A stretch of 64,000 bases of DNA, taken from assembly GCA_948777935.1 (NCBI GenBank), contig CAQDYY010000001.1:404930-468929 (forward strand), in the 5' to 3' direction. The position numbers were made by a program, and so were the translations under genes. The first letter of the stretch is position 1; every line of letters begins with the position of its first letter. The stretch is from an uncultured Clostridia bacterium. Lineage in GTDB: Bacteria > Bacillota > Clostridia > TANB77 > CAG-508. The notes beneath the pieces were generated by a model. The model had not been told where the DNA came from. It did no database searches and saw nothing but the letters and a program-made list of their open reading frames with translations. Below, one piece after another: positions 1 through 9,888 of this stretch.

Positions 1-129
1 AATTACACAGGGCGGTCAAAACCAGCAGAAGTAATGATTTACGCAGACGGCGAAGCTGCTCCAGCTTACAAAGTAATACGTCAAAGAGAAAAAATTTCAG
101 ATATGATGCGCCAGATTGAGTGGAATTAA
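1..129 (+). CDS. 3' end of an unidentified protein-coding gene (partial, C-terminal 42 aa ...ADGEAAPAYKVIRQREKISDMMRQIEWN); followed by hairpin terminator
   Basis: Open frame running from window edge to TAA at 127-129; GC (~41%) higher than window average; stem-loop AGAAACCAGTTC/GAACTGGTTCTTTG at 177-207. Confidence 0.35.
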   Translation, partial: NYTGRSKPAEVMIYADGEAAPAYKVIRQREKISDMMRQIEWN

Positions 130-219
130 AATTTCTATTATCTAATAGGTCTATCTTTTAATATGTAGCCTTACGAAGAAACCAGTTCATTTCGAACTGG
201 TTCTTTGTATATTAAAATT

Positions 220-1368
220 CTACTTTCTTAATTTTTCTACTATTTCTACTAAACTTTGTACTAAATACTCTACATCTTCTTTTGTGTTTTCATCTCCAAA
301 TGTTACACGTAATGAACCTTGTGCTATTTCACTAGATAACCCAATTGCAACTAATACATGTGATGGATCTAATGAGCCTGATGTACATGCAGAACCAGAT
401 GAAGCACATATCCCTTTTAAGTCTAAATTTAGTAATAATGCTTCTCCATCAACCCCTATAAATGATATATTAGCATTTCCTGGTAAACGTCTTGTTTTAT
501 GCCCGTTTAATTTAATATTTGGTATTTTTTCTTCTACTTGTGATATATAATAATCTCGTAAACTTGTAAGCTTCTCGTTGTATTCATCAAAATTCTTATA
601 TGCAAGTTCTATTGCTTTTCCTAAACCTACAATTCCTGCTACATTTTCTGTACCTGCTCTCATATTTCTTTCTTGATGCCCTCCATCTTGTATCTTTTCA
701 AAATTTACTCCTGTTTTTACATATAATGCTCCCATTCCTTTTGGTCCATAGAACTTGTGAGCAGACATAGATAATAAATCAATATTAAGTTCTTCTACAT
801 TTATTCTAACATTTCCAACTGCTTGAACAGCATCTGTATGAAAATATATATTATGTTTTTTTGCAATACTACCTATTTCACCAATTGGCTGGATAGTACC
901 TATTTCATTATTTGCAAACATTACACTAATTAAAATAGTATCACTTGTAATTGCATTTTGTAATTCTTCTAAACTAATTAACCCATCTGCATCTACATTT
1001 AAGTATGTTACCCTAAACCCTTCTTTTTCTAGATGTTCACATGTATGAAGAACTGCTGGATGTTCTATTTTTGTTGTAATAATATGATTTCCTCTATTAC
1101 GATTTGCATATGCAACTCCTTTAATTGCTAAATTATCACTTTCACTTCCACATGATGTAAAATAAATTTCTTTTAGATCTACTCCAATTGCTAATGCAAC
1201 CCTTTTTCTTGACTCTTCTACTGCTTTTCTTGTTTTTCTTCCAATACTATACATTGATGAAGGATTACCATATTCTATATTAAAATATGGCAGCATTTCT
1301 TTTAAAACATCTTCCTTTGTAGCTGTTGTTGCAGCGTGGTCGAAATATCTTATTTTTTCCATTTCCAT
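220..1368 (-). CDS. iscS: cysteine desulfurase (class V aminotransferase, NifS/IscS family)
   Basis: 382 aa; PLP-lysine region SAHKFYGPKG, active-site Cys loop SSGSACTSG typical of IscS/NifS. Confidence 0.9.
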   Translation of the reverse strand: MEMEKIRYFDHAATTATKEDVLKEMLPYFNIEYGNPSSMYSIGRKTRKAVEESRKRVALAIGVDLKEIYFTSCGSESDNLAIKGVAYANRNRGNHIITTKIEHPAVLHTCEHLEKEGFRVTYLNVDADGLISLEELQNAITSDTILISVMFANNEIGTIQPIGEIGSIAKKHNIYFHTDAVQAVGNVRINVEELNIDLLSMSAHKFYGPKGMGALYVKTGVNFEKIQDGGHQERNMRAGTENVAGIVGLGKAIELAYKNFDEYNEKLTSLRDYYISQVEEKIPNIKLNGHKTRRLPGNANISFIGVDGEALLLNLDLKGICASSGSACTSGSLDPSHVLVAIGLSSEIAQGSLRVTFGDENTKEDVEYLVQSLVEIVEKLRK

Positions 1369-1475
1369 TTCTCTCCTTAAAACATATCTCTTATTATTAT
1401 ATGGAAAAAATGTAAAAAAATACTAACAATCAATATGTTAGTATTTTTTCTGTAGAAATCTATTTTTGTATAAAT

Positions 1476-1533
1476 GTAGGGGCATCGTTTAAAGGGAATA
1501 CCCATGAGACACGACACCACTGTGCCCTTTTTT
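1476..1533 (+). repeat. Family-1 conserved structured intergenic element (GTAGGGGCATCGTTT..GGGAATACCC..GACACCACTGTGCCC + T-run), copy A
   Basis: ~55 nt sequence ~90% identical to copies at 38412-38467(-) and 49389-49443(-), diverged copy at 28830-28879(-); GGGCA/TGCCC outer stem, GGGAATACCC inner hairpin, T-rich tail. Confidence 0.6.
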
Positions 1534-1537
1534 ACAT

Positions 1538-4303
1538 CTATTTTAAATTTTCACTACATCTATGGCATATATGAGGATGGTTACTATCTTGCCCTACTGT
1601 TTCAGAATACATCCAACATCTTTCGCATTTTTCTCCACTTGCCTTTTCTACTTTTACTCCTATTATAGTATCATCTTTTACTTTTCCTTCTTGTATTTCA
1701 ACTTGTGATACAATAAAGATTTCTTTTAATAATTCCTCTTTTCCTTTAATAAAGTTATATACTTCTCCATCTGCATATAAAATTACTTTTGCTTCTAATG
1801 ATAACCCTATTTCTTTATTTGCTCTTGCAAGTTCAAGTTTCTTTGCTACTTCTTCCTTTATTTTGATATATTTTTCCCATTTTTTCTCTAGTTCTTCATT
1901 ATCATATTTAGGGTTTGCCTTTGGATAGTAATCTAACATTACACTTTGAGTATTTTCATTTTGTTTATGTGGCATATATTTCCATATTTCTTCTGCTGTA
2001 TAACATGTCATTGGAGCTAAAATACGTACCAAGCTAGATAAAATCTCATACATAGCAGTTTGTGCAGCTCTTCTTTCTATAGAATCCTTTTTTAGTGTAT
2101 ATAATCTATCTTTTATTATATCTAGATAAAATGCACTCATATCTACTACACAGAATTGATTTATTGCATGATATGCATCATGGAAATCATATACGTCATA
2201 TGCTTTTATACAATCTTTTATTAGTTTATTTAACCTTGATAATGCCCATTTATCAATTTCTAGTAGATCTTCATAAGGAACTGGATTATTTACATCAAAA
2301 TCACTTATATTTCCTAATATATATCTTGCTGTATTACGTATTTTTCTATATACTTCTCCAACTTGTTTTAAAATGTTTTTTGAACCACTAACATCAGATT
2401 TATAATCTGCTGATAATACCCAAAGCCTTAATACATCTGCACCTGATTCGTTTATTACATCTTTTGGGTCAATTCCATTTCCAAGGCTCTTAGACATTTT
2501 TCTACCTTGTTCATCTATGGTATATCCATGTGTTACTACTTCCTTATATGGTGCTTTTCCTTTTGTTGCAACACTTGTTAATAATGATGATTGGAACCAT
2601 CCTCTATGTTGGTCGCTTCCTTCTAAGTATAAGTTTGCTTCTGGAAGACCACGCTCAGCAAGTACTGATTCATGTGTAGAACCAGAATCGAACCATACAT
2701 CCATAATGTCTGTTTCTTTCTTAAATTCTGTACTACCACAATGAGGACATTTTGCACCTTCTGGCATTAATTCTTTTTCAGGTAAATCAAACCAAGCATT
2801 TGAACCCTTTTCTTTAAATATTTTCTGTACTTTATCTAGGCTTTCTTCTGTTACATATTCTTTTTCACAATTAGCACAATAGAATATTGGTATTGGTACT
2901 CCCCATGTTCTTTGGCGAGATATACACCAATCATTTCTATCTTCTACCATTTTAGAAATTCTTTCTTGTCCCCAAGCTGGGTACCATTTAACTGTTTTAA
3001 TTGCACCTAAAGTTTCTTTTCTAAATCCATCAACAGATGCAAACCATTGGTTTGTTGCTCTAAATATTACTGGATGTTTACATCTCCAACAATGTGGATA
3101 AGAGTGGTTTACATCTTCACTTGCAAGTAAATATCCATTTTCATCTAACCATTTTATAATTTCTTTATCTGATTTTGCATAATACATGCCTGCAAAAGGT
3201 CCTGCTTCTTCTGTTTGATGTCCTTTAGCATTTACTGTTACAACAATGTCTAACCCATTTTTTATTCCACAGTAATAGTCTTCTTTACCATAACCAGGAG
3301 CTGTATGTACTGCACCTGTACCTGTATCTAGTTCTACTAAAATTGTATCATCTGAACCTAATACTACTCTTGAATCTCTATCAAAAAATGGATGCTTACA
3401 TATAATTCCTTCTAAATCGCTACCATCAAATTCTTTTACAGTTTTATATTCTGAAATTCCTGCTTTTTGCATTACTTTTTCTACTAATTCTGTAGCAATT
3501 ATAACCTTTTCTTTTCCTATATCTACAATGCTATATTTATAATCTGCTCCAATTGTAATTCCCATATTTCCTGGTAATGTCCATGGTGTTGTTGTCCATA
3601 TTACAAATGAAGTATTTTCTTCATCAAATTTTCCTTTTGCATCTCTTACTGGAAATTTTACATATGCTGTATGTGAATTTATATCTTTATATTCTATTTC
3701 TGCTTCTGCTAATGCTGTTTCGCAATCTGTACACCAATAAACGGGTTTTAACCCTTTATATATATACCCTTTTTTATACATATCTGCAAATACTCCAACT
3801 TGTCTTGCTTCCATTTGTGGTTGATATGTAATGTATGGATTATCCCAATCTGCTAATACTCCTAAACGTTTAAAACCTACTATTTGCTTGTCTTTATAAT
3901 CCATAGTAAATTGTTTACAAGTATCTCTAAACTTTGTAACTGGTATCTCATCTCTATTTAGTCCTAATTTTTCAATTGCCTTTTTTTCTGTTGGCATACC
4001 ATGTGTATCAAAACCTGGTACAAATGGTGTGTAATAACCTTGTAAGTTTTTATATCTTACAATAGTATCTTTTAATATTTTATTTAGTGCATGTCCTAAA
4101 TGTATTTCTCCATTTGCATATGGTGGTCCATCGTGTAAAACGAATGGTTCCTTTCCTTCATTTTTCTTAAGCATTTTTTCATATAAACCATTTTCAAAAA
4201 CACCTTCTAATATTTTAGGTTCATTCTCTGGTAAATTTCCTCTCATTGGGAAATCTGTTTTAGGCAAATTTAAAGTATCTCCATAATTTAACTCTTCTGC
4301 CAT
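1538..4303 (-). CDS. ileS: isoleucyl-tRNA synthetase
   Basis: 921 aa; HIGH motif (HLGHALNKILKD), KMSKS motif (KMSKSLGN), C-terminal Zn-finger CxxC...CxxC. Confidence 0.95.
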   Translation of the reverse strand: MAEELNYGDTLNLPKTDFPMRGNLPENEPKILEGVFENGLYEKMLKKNEGKEPFVLHDGPPYANGEIHLGHALNKILKDTIVRYKNLQGYYTPFVPGFDTHGMPTEKKAIEKLGLNRDEIPVTKFRDTCKQFTMDYKDKQIVGFKRLGVLADWDNPYITYQPQMEARQVGVFADMYKKGYIYKGLKPVYWCTDCETALAEAEIEYKDINSHTAYVKFPVRDAKGKFDEENTSFVIWTTTPWTLPGNMGITIGADYKYSIVDIGKEKVIIATELVEKVMQKAGISEYKTVKEFDGSDLEGIICKHPFFDRDSRVVLGSDDTILVELDTGTGAVHTAPGYGKEDYYCGIKNGLDIVVTVNAKGHQTEEAGPFAGMYYAKSDKEIIKWLDENGYLLASEDVNHSYPHCWRCKHPVIFRATNQWFASVDGFRKETLGAIKTVKWYPAWGQERISKMVEDRNDWCISRQRTWGVPIPIFYCANCEKEYVTEESLDKVQKIFKEKGSNAWFDLPEKELMPEGAKCPHCGSTEFKKETDIMDVWFDSGSTHESVLAERGLPEANLYLEGSDQHRGWFQSSLLTSVATKGKAPYKEVVTHGYTIDEQGRKMSKSLGNGIDPKDVINESGADVLRLWVLSADYKSDVSGSKNILKQVGEVYRKIRNTARYILGNISDFDVNNPVPYEDLLEIDKWALSRLNKLIKDCIKAYDVYDFHDAYHAINQFCVVDMSAFYLDIIKDRLYTLKKDSIERRAAQTAMYEILSSLVRILAPMTCYTAEEIWKYMPHKQNENTQSVMLDYYPKANPKYDNEELEKKWEKYIKIKEEVAKKLELARANKEIGLSLEAKVILYADGEVYNFIKGKEELLKEIFIVSQVEIQEGKVKDDTIIGVKVEKASGEKCERCWMYSETVGQDSNHPHICHRCSENLK

Positions 4304-4442
4304 TTTACTTCACTCCTATCTTTTACATACAAAAATATTAACACTTTATTGTGCTTTTGACAAGTGTTTTTCCATTAAAAAGTATAAAAAATTGCACACA
4401 GTGCCATACTTTTAGTAAAGATTTTTTAGGATGTGAGATATA

Positions 4443-7065
4443 TTGGGTACAAATATAAAATTAGAAGAGATTCATTTAGACGAAAAATATGGTGAACAAG
4501 CTCTTTTACCTCCAAATGAGTTTTTATCTAAGATGAATTTTTTAAGTGATGGTCTTAGTAGTGATGATGCTATTTCTCTTCTTCATAAAAATGGTTTAAA
4601 TGAATTAAAACAAGCTCGTGAAAAAAAATGGTACAATTACTTGTTTTCAAGCTTATTTAGTCCTTTTAATATTATATTATTATTAATATCTTTGGTACTT
4701 ATTTATACTGATGTTATATTAGCTGATACTCCAAGCTATGCAAATATTGTAGTTATTTTAGTTTTAGTAACAGCAAGTACTCTTCTTGAATTTGTACAAG
4801 AATATCGTTCAAATAAAGCTGCTTTAAAACTCGAGAGCCTTGTAGCAACTACCACTACTGTGTTAAGAGATGGTAAAAAAATACGGTATACCTATAAAAG
4901 AAGTGGTAATTGGAGATGTTGTTTCTTTATCCGCTGGAGACATGATACCTGCAGATATTCGCATTATAGAAGAAAAGGATTTGCATGTTGGTCAGTCTAC
5001 TCTTACTGGTGAATCTGAACCAGTAAAAAAGCTATCTACATCTACTCTTTCATCTATAAATAATATAAAAGATGTATCAGATTTAGATACTATATGTTTT
5101 ATGGGTACAAATGTAGTAAGTGGAAGTGCTAAAGGTGTTGTTATAAAAACTGCGAATGATACTTATTTTGGTAAAATTGCAGGAGTTTTAGAACATGGAA
5201 AGCCAAAAACTGCTTTTCAAAAAGGAATTGAAAATATTAGTAAACTCCTAATTCGTTTTATGTTAGTTATGATTCCTATTACTTTTTTAGTTAATGTTTG
5301 GAAACATAGTGTTCTAATTACATTTACATTTTCAGTTGCTATTGCAATTGGAATTACACCTCTTTTACTACCTGTTATTCTTTCTTCTTCACTTGCAAAA
5401 GGTGCAATTCGTATGTCTAAGAAGAAAACCATTGTAAAAAAGATGGATTCTATACAAAGTTTTGGTGCTATGAATATACTTTGTACTGATAAAACTGGAA
5501 CTCTAACAAAAGATGAAATTGTTCTTCAAAAATATTTAGATATAAACGGAAATGAAAATTATGGTGTTCTAAAACATGCCTTTTTAAATGCATATTTTCA
5601 AACTGGCTTAAAAGGTAATATTGATACAGCGATTATTGATAAAGCAAATGAAATGGATTTGACTAATATATCTACTAACTATAAAAAAATTGATGAAATA
5701 CCTTTTGATTTTTCAAGACGTAGATTATCTGTTATTGTATCTGACGGAACAAAAACACAGCTTATTACTAAAGGTGCTGTAGAAGAAATTTTATCAATTT
5801 GTACTCTTGTTTATGATAATGGAAATGTAACTGAAATTACACCTAAAATAAAAGAAAATATACGAAACTTTACTAAAAATCTAAATTCTGATGGTTTACG
5901 TGTTATTGCAGTATGCCAAAAAAATGATATTTCTGATATTAGTAATTTTTCTGTTAAAGATGAATCTAAAATGGTGTTAATGGGATTTATTGGCTTTTTA
6001 GACCCACCAAAAGAAAGTGCAAAACAAGCTATTGATAGGTTAAATGAAAAAGGAATTCGTGTTATTGTATTAACTGGAGATAATGAATATGTAACTAAAT
6101 GTATTTGTGATAAAGTTGGTATTAATTCAGCAAGAATCATATCTGGTAATAAAATAAGTAAGTTATCTGATATGGCTTTACTTCGTTTACTTTATGATAC
6201 TAATATTTTTGTAAAATTAAGCCCTATTGAAAAGGCTAGAATTGTAAGGTTATTAAAAGAAGCTGGAAATGTTGTAGGTTATATGGGTGATGGAATTAAT
6301 GATAGCCCTTCTCTTACTAATGCTGATGTTGGTATTTCTGTAGATACTGCTGTTGATATTGCAAAGGAAACTTCTGATATTATTTTATTAGAAAAGGATT
6401 TGAATGTTTTATTAGATGGTGCAATTGAAGGTAGAAAAACTTTTGCTAATTTACTAAAATATATCAAAATGGCTGTTAGTTTTAACTTTGGTGAGGTATT
6501 ATCTGTACTAATTGCAAGTATTGTACTTCCATTTTTGCCTATTACCCCAATCCAATTACTAGTACAAAGTTTGCTTTATGATTTTGGGCAATTATCTCTT
6601 CCTTTTGATAATGTAGATGCAGAATATGTAACCAAACCTAGAAAGTGGAATTTGAAAGATTTACGAAATTTTATGTTTTTTATGGGACCAACTAGTTCTA
6701 TCTTCGATTTAATGGTATTTGCTTCTTTATGGTTTGGCTTTGGTTTAAGGCTACCCCAAAGTGCTCTTTTCCAAACTATTTGGTTTAGTTATGGGGTTGT
6801 TTCAAACTTAATTGGTTTACACATTATTAGAACTGCAAAAATGCCATTTGTACAAAGTAATGCTTCTACACCTGTATATGCAACATCCATACTTTTAAGT
6901 ATTGTAGCATTAATTGTTCCTTTTACCTTTATAGGAAAATGGATTGGACTTGTTCCTTTTGCTCCAATTTATTTAGTAGTAATAATTGGCTTTCCAATTC
7001 TTTATTGCTTTATTGCAAGTTTTGTTAAGAAATTGTATATTAAAAAATATGGTGAATGGATATAG
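4443..7065 (+). CDS. mgtA: Mg2+-importing P-type ATPase (MgtA-like); reading frame broken by 1-nt indel in an A7 run near 4874-4880 (two overlapping ORFs 4443-5012 and 4870-7065)
   Basis: N-terminal ORF matches MgtA TM1-2/TVLR region; second ORF has DKTGTLT phosphorylation motif, TGDN, GDGINDSP hinge; frames join across aaaaaaa homopolymer. Confidence 0.8.
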
Positions 7066-7158
7066 TAAAGAGAAAGACCAAAGTTATACTAACTCTGGTC
7101 TTTTCTTTCGAAAATTAAATTTTTGCACAATTAAATCTAACAAAATCCAGTTTACATG

Positions 7159-7683
7159 TTATTCGCCATCAAATGTTATAATGGACTCTACGTCATATCC
7201 CTCCAATGTCTTTCTGCCATTTAATTCAGGTAATTCAATCAAACAGCAAATTCTTACTACTTCACCGCCCAGTCTTTCAACTAATTTACATATGGCTTTG
7301 ACTGTGCCGCCTGTTGCCAAGAGGTCATCGACAATGACAACCCTCTGTCCCTGTTTGATTGCATCTTTATGCATCTCTAACGTTGCTGTACCATACTCGA
7401 GTGCATATTCTTCCTCGATTGTCTCACAAGGAAGCTTGCCCTTCTTTCTAACTGGTACAAATGCCGTCTTGGTGTTGTATGCAATTGATGATCCAAAAAT
7501 AAAACCTCTAGACTCTGGTGCCACTACAACATCAAACTCTACCCCTGCTAAAGAGTCCTCCATTAGATTAATTGCTAATTGAAGTGCATCTGCATCGCCA
7601 AGTACAGTAGTTACGTCTCTAAAAATTATCCCTTCCTCTGGAAAGTTAGGAATACTTCTTACATAATCCTCTAATCTTTTCAT
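7159..7683 (-). CDS. apt: adenine phosphoribosyltransferase
   Basis: PRTase motif VVIVDDLLATGGT; start reassigned to Met17 of track ORF with AAAGGAGG RBS 5 nt upstream. Confidence 0.9.
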   Translation of the reverse strand: MKRLEDYVRSIPNFPEEGIIFRDVTTVLGDADALQLAINLMEDSLAGVEFDVVVAPESRGFIFGSSIAYNTKTAFVPVRKKGKLPCETIEEEYALEYGTATLEMHKDAIKQGQRVVIVDDLLATGGTVKAICKLVERLGGEVVRICCLIELPELNGRKTLEGYDVESIITFDGE

Positions 7684-7804
7684 ATGCAACCTCCTTTGTT
7701 GCTGCGAGATTTTGTAGATATAATTGTACAAAATTTATTTCTTATGCCATTACAACTAGTTTACCACATTATTATATCACATTTATGTAAGTTTGCAAAT
7801 AGGT

Positions 7805-8236
7805 TTACCAACCAAAATTATCAAACATAATATTATTTTGATAGTTTTCTATCGCTTTTTTTACACATGGAATTATATTACTTGGTAAATTATTAATATC
7901 AAACCAACTTAATTCACTGCATTTATCTGGTTCCATATTTGTAAATTCTCCACTCCATTTATCACATTTTAAGAAAATATCAAACCTTTCTGGATCAGTT
8001 TTTCTATGTAAAAAAGCTACTATTTCTATATCATTTTCATCTATAATAATTCCTGCTTCTTCGGTTGCTTCTCTAATCATAGCTTGCTTAATAGTTTCAT
8101 TTCCATCCATATGACCCGCAACTAAACTATAATTTCCATCTTCATATCCAGTATTTGCACGCTTTAATAATAGTACTTTATTTTCTTTTATTAGTATTAA
8201 ATAAACTGCACATATAAACTTATATCTTTCCTTCAT
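7805..8236 (-). CDS. NUDIX hydrolase
   Basis: 143 aa; Nudix box GHMDGNETIKQAMIREATEEAGI (GX5EX7REUXEEXGU). Confidence 0.8.
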   Translation of the reverse strand: MKERYKFICAVYLILIKENKVLLLKRANTGYEDGNYSLVAGHMDGNETIKQAMIREATEEAGIIIDENDIEIVAFLHRKTDPERFDIFLKCDKWSGEFTNMEPDKCSELSWFDINNLPSNIIPCVKKAIENYQNNIMFDNFGW

Positions 8237-8292
8237 AATTTTCTCCTATGCCTTTATAAATTTTAAAGGGCGAATTAATCCTGCCCTTTGTT

Positions 8293-8502
8293 TTACTCAT
8301 TTCTTAATGGATACTTTTCTATTAGTTCTTTTGCATAGGAATCTTCTGGGCCTTTACTATACCCGCCTATTAGTGCATTCATTTCTGGATCATTCCTATA
8401 AAATACTGAAGGTGCTTTGGGCCTATCATAAGGCTTACCAATCCTTGGTGCCTCTTTATTAATTATAACTGCTGGTGCTGGTTTTTTTTTGCAAAAAAGC
8501 AT
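8293..8502 (-). CDS. small hypothetical protein
   Basis: 69 aa ORF, no recognisable motif; start uncertain. Confidence 0.3.
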   Translation of the reverse strand: MLFCKKKPAPAVIINKEAPRIGKPYDRPKAPSVFYRNDPEMNALIGGYSKGPEDSYAKELIEKYPLRNE

Positions 8503-8625
8503 AGTATATATCCCTCCTGAGTTTGTATTTTTGCAGTAGTAACTGCAATGATTTTATTATACATACATTTTTTTCTTTTGTCAAATGCATTAAATATCAA
8601 GCTTTGTCATTTAATAGTATACAGA

Positions 8626-8685
8626 AAAAAGTGGCTTCGCCACGTGGGCGAGCAATGTTTGCCCATACATTTTTAACTTAAAATA
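8626..8685 (+). repeat. Family-3 structured intergenic element (GTGGCTTCGCCACGTGGGCGAGCAATGTTTGCCCATAC), copy 1
   Basis: Second copy at 25316-25375(+): conserved loop CGAGCAATG flanked by different but complementary stems (TGGGC/GCCCA vs ATAGGG/CCCTAT). Confidence 0.5.
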
Positions 8686-8750
8686 GAGTAATTTATTATA
8701 AAAGACCAAAGTATACTAACTCTAGTCTTTTTTGAAAATTAAATTTGCAA

Positions 8751-9305
8751 CTATATTTGTTTTACTTTATCTCTTTTTACGTCTTTTATATATCCAATTA
8801 TTGAACATGTTACTAAAATTGTTTCTAATATAATTCCCATAATTGACATTATGAATATATTATAAGCTAACCATAATACACCTGCTATTAGTCCTAACAG
8901 TTTATACATTTTCACGTCTTTCTGCCATAATGCAAATGTTGTAACTAATGTAGCTATTACAGATAGTAAACTAAGTGGCCCATTATATGTAAATATTGTT
9001 AATGCTACAATAAGTATAACTGTTACAACTAATATGATTAAATCTAGTTTCTTATTAATCTCTTTTCCTTTAGATTTCTGCCATTCTTGTATTAATAGTG
9101 TTAAGTCACGTAACATCATAATAACAGACATTGCAGCTCCTGTATAGCCATTAAGCATAGCCATTGCAGTAGTTTGTCCTATATGTGATACAAAATTTGC
9201 TGTTAATATTTTTGTTCTATCCTTTAGCAAGTAACTTAAGCTTAATATTCCATAGTATATTACTGTAATTATTTGGGAAATAATATAAATAAGAGTTATT
9301 TCCAT
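8751..9305 (-). CDS. polytopic inner-membrane protein (YgjV-like)
   Basis: Hydrophobic ~184 aa from Met31 of track ORF (GGAGG RBS upstream of that ATG); multiple TM segments. Confidence 0.5.
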   Translation of the reverse strand: MEITLIYIISQIITVIYYGILSLSYLLKDRTKILTANFVSHIGQTTAMAMLNGYTGAAMSVIMMLRDLTLLIQEWQKSKGKEINKKLDLIILVVTVILIVALTIFTYNGPLSLLSVIATLVTTFALWQKDVKMYKLLGLIAGVLWLAYNIFIMSIMGIILETILVTCSIIGYIKDVKRDKVKQI

Positions 9306-9428
9306 CTTTATTTTCCTCCATATAATTAAATTATCATTTGCTGTTACTATTATATTGTTTCGCACTTTATTTGTCAAATATTTAAAGAAAAACAAACCAC
9401 TTCAAATTAAAGCAGTTTGTTTTTCTTT

Positions 9429-9806
9429 TTAATTAAATTCAGAAGGTCTTTTCACTTCAAAGAGGGAAGTTTCCACATCTTCAAAATCCTTATCAAGGGT
9501 AATAAGAACATCTACCTTTCCAATAATTGCTCCTTCTAGAACTGGAACATCGGCAAGATCACGAATATACATATCTACCTTTGTAGCTGAATTATTTTTG
9601 ACTAATTCATACTGTAATTCTTTAAGTAGCCTTTTTAGTTGAAGATCCCGTGTTGGGTATTTATCCCAAATCTTCCTTTTGGCTTCTTCAATTACATAGG
9701 TACAAAGTACAATTGTATGTTTTTCGTTTACATTATGAATCCATGCATTTGTCTTCTCTCCTAATACTGCTGAAATTAATACACATGTGTCTAGCATTAC
9801 TCTCAT
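9429..9806 (-). CDS. PIN-domain protein (VapC-like nuclease fold), no adjacent antitoxin ORF
   Basis: 125 aa; N-terminal MRVMLDTCVLISAV with conserved acidic residues of PIN fold; followed by bidirectional hairpin terminator at 9396-9428. Confidence 0.6.
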   Translation of the reverse strand: MRVMLDTCVLISAVLGEKTNAWIHNVNEKHTIVLCTYVIEEAKRKIWDKYPTRDLQLKRLLKELQYELVKNNSATKVDMYIRDLADVPVLEGAIIGKVDVLITLDKDFEDVETSLFEVKRPSEFN

Positions 9807-9888
9807 AGTTTTCCTCCTTATAAACTAGATAGTTATCTTGTTCATTTTAAAATTTATATATTTTTTTTAATATATAACAAAATAATTT

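Noticed and set aside
284-550. Numerous 60-160 aa ORFs antisense to large genes, for example 284-550(+), 2095-2391(+), 3577-3831(+), 15260-15733(+), 22840-23424(+), 42810-43301(+), 48647-49138(+) and 56238-56693(+).
   Set aside because: They are embedded in the opposite strand of well-supported genes (iscS, ileS, secA, polC, infB, the permease, typA). Their composition is Phe/Leu/Ser/Ile-rich as expected for AT-rich antisense frames, and they have no RBS.
4304-4442. T-box leader for ileS, or an M-box (Mg2+ riboswitch) for the divergent mgtA.
   Set aside because: The intergenic region is only about 139 nt and lacks the T-box antiterminator motif (AGGGTGGNACCGCG) or M-box conserved helices. 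It probably contains only the divergent promoters.
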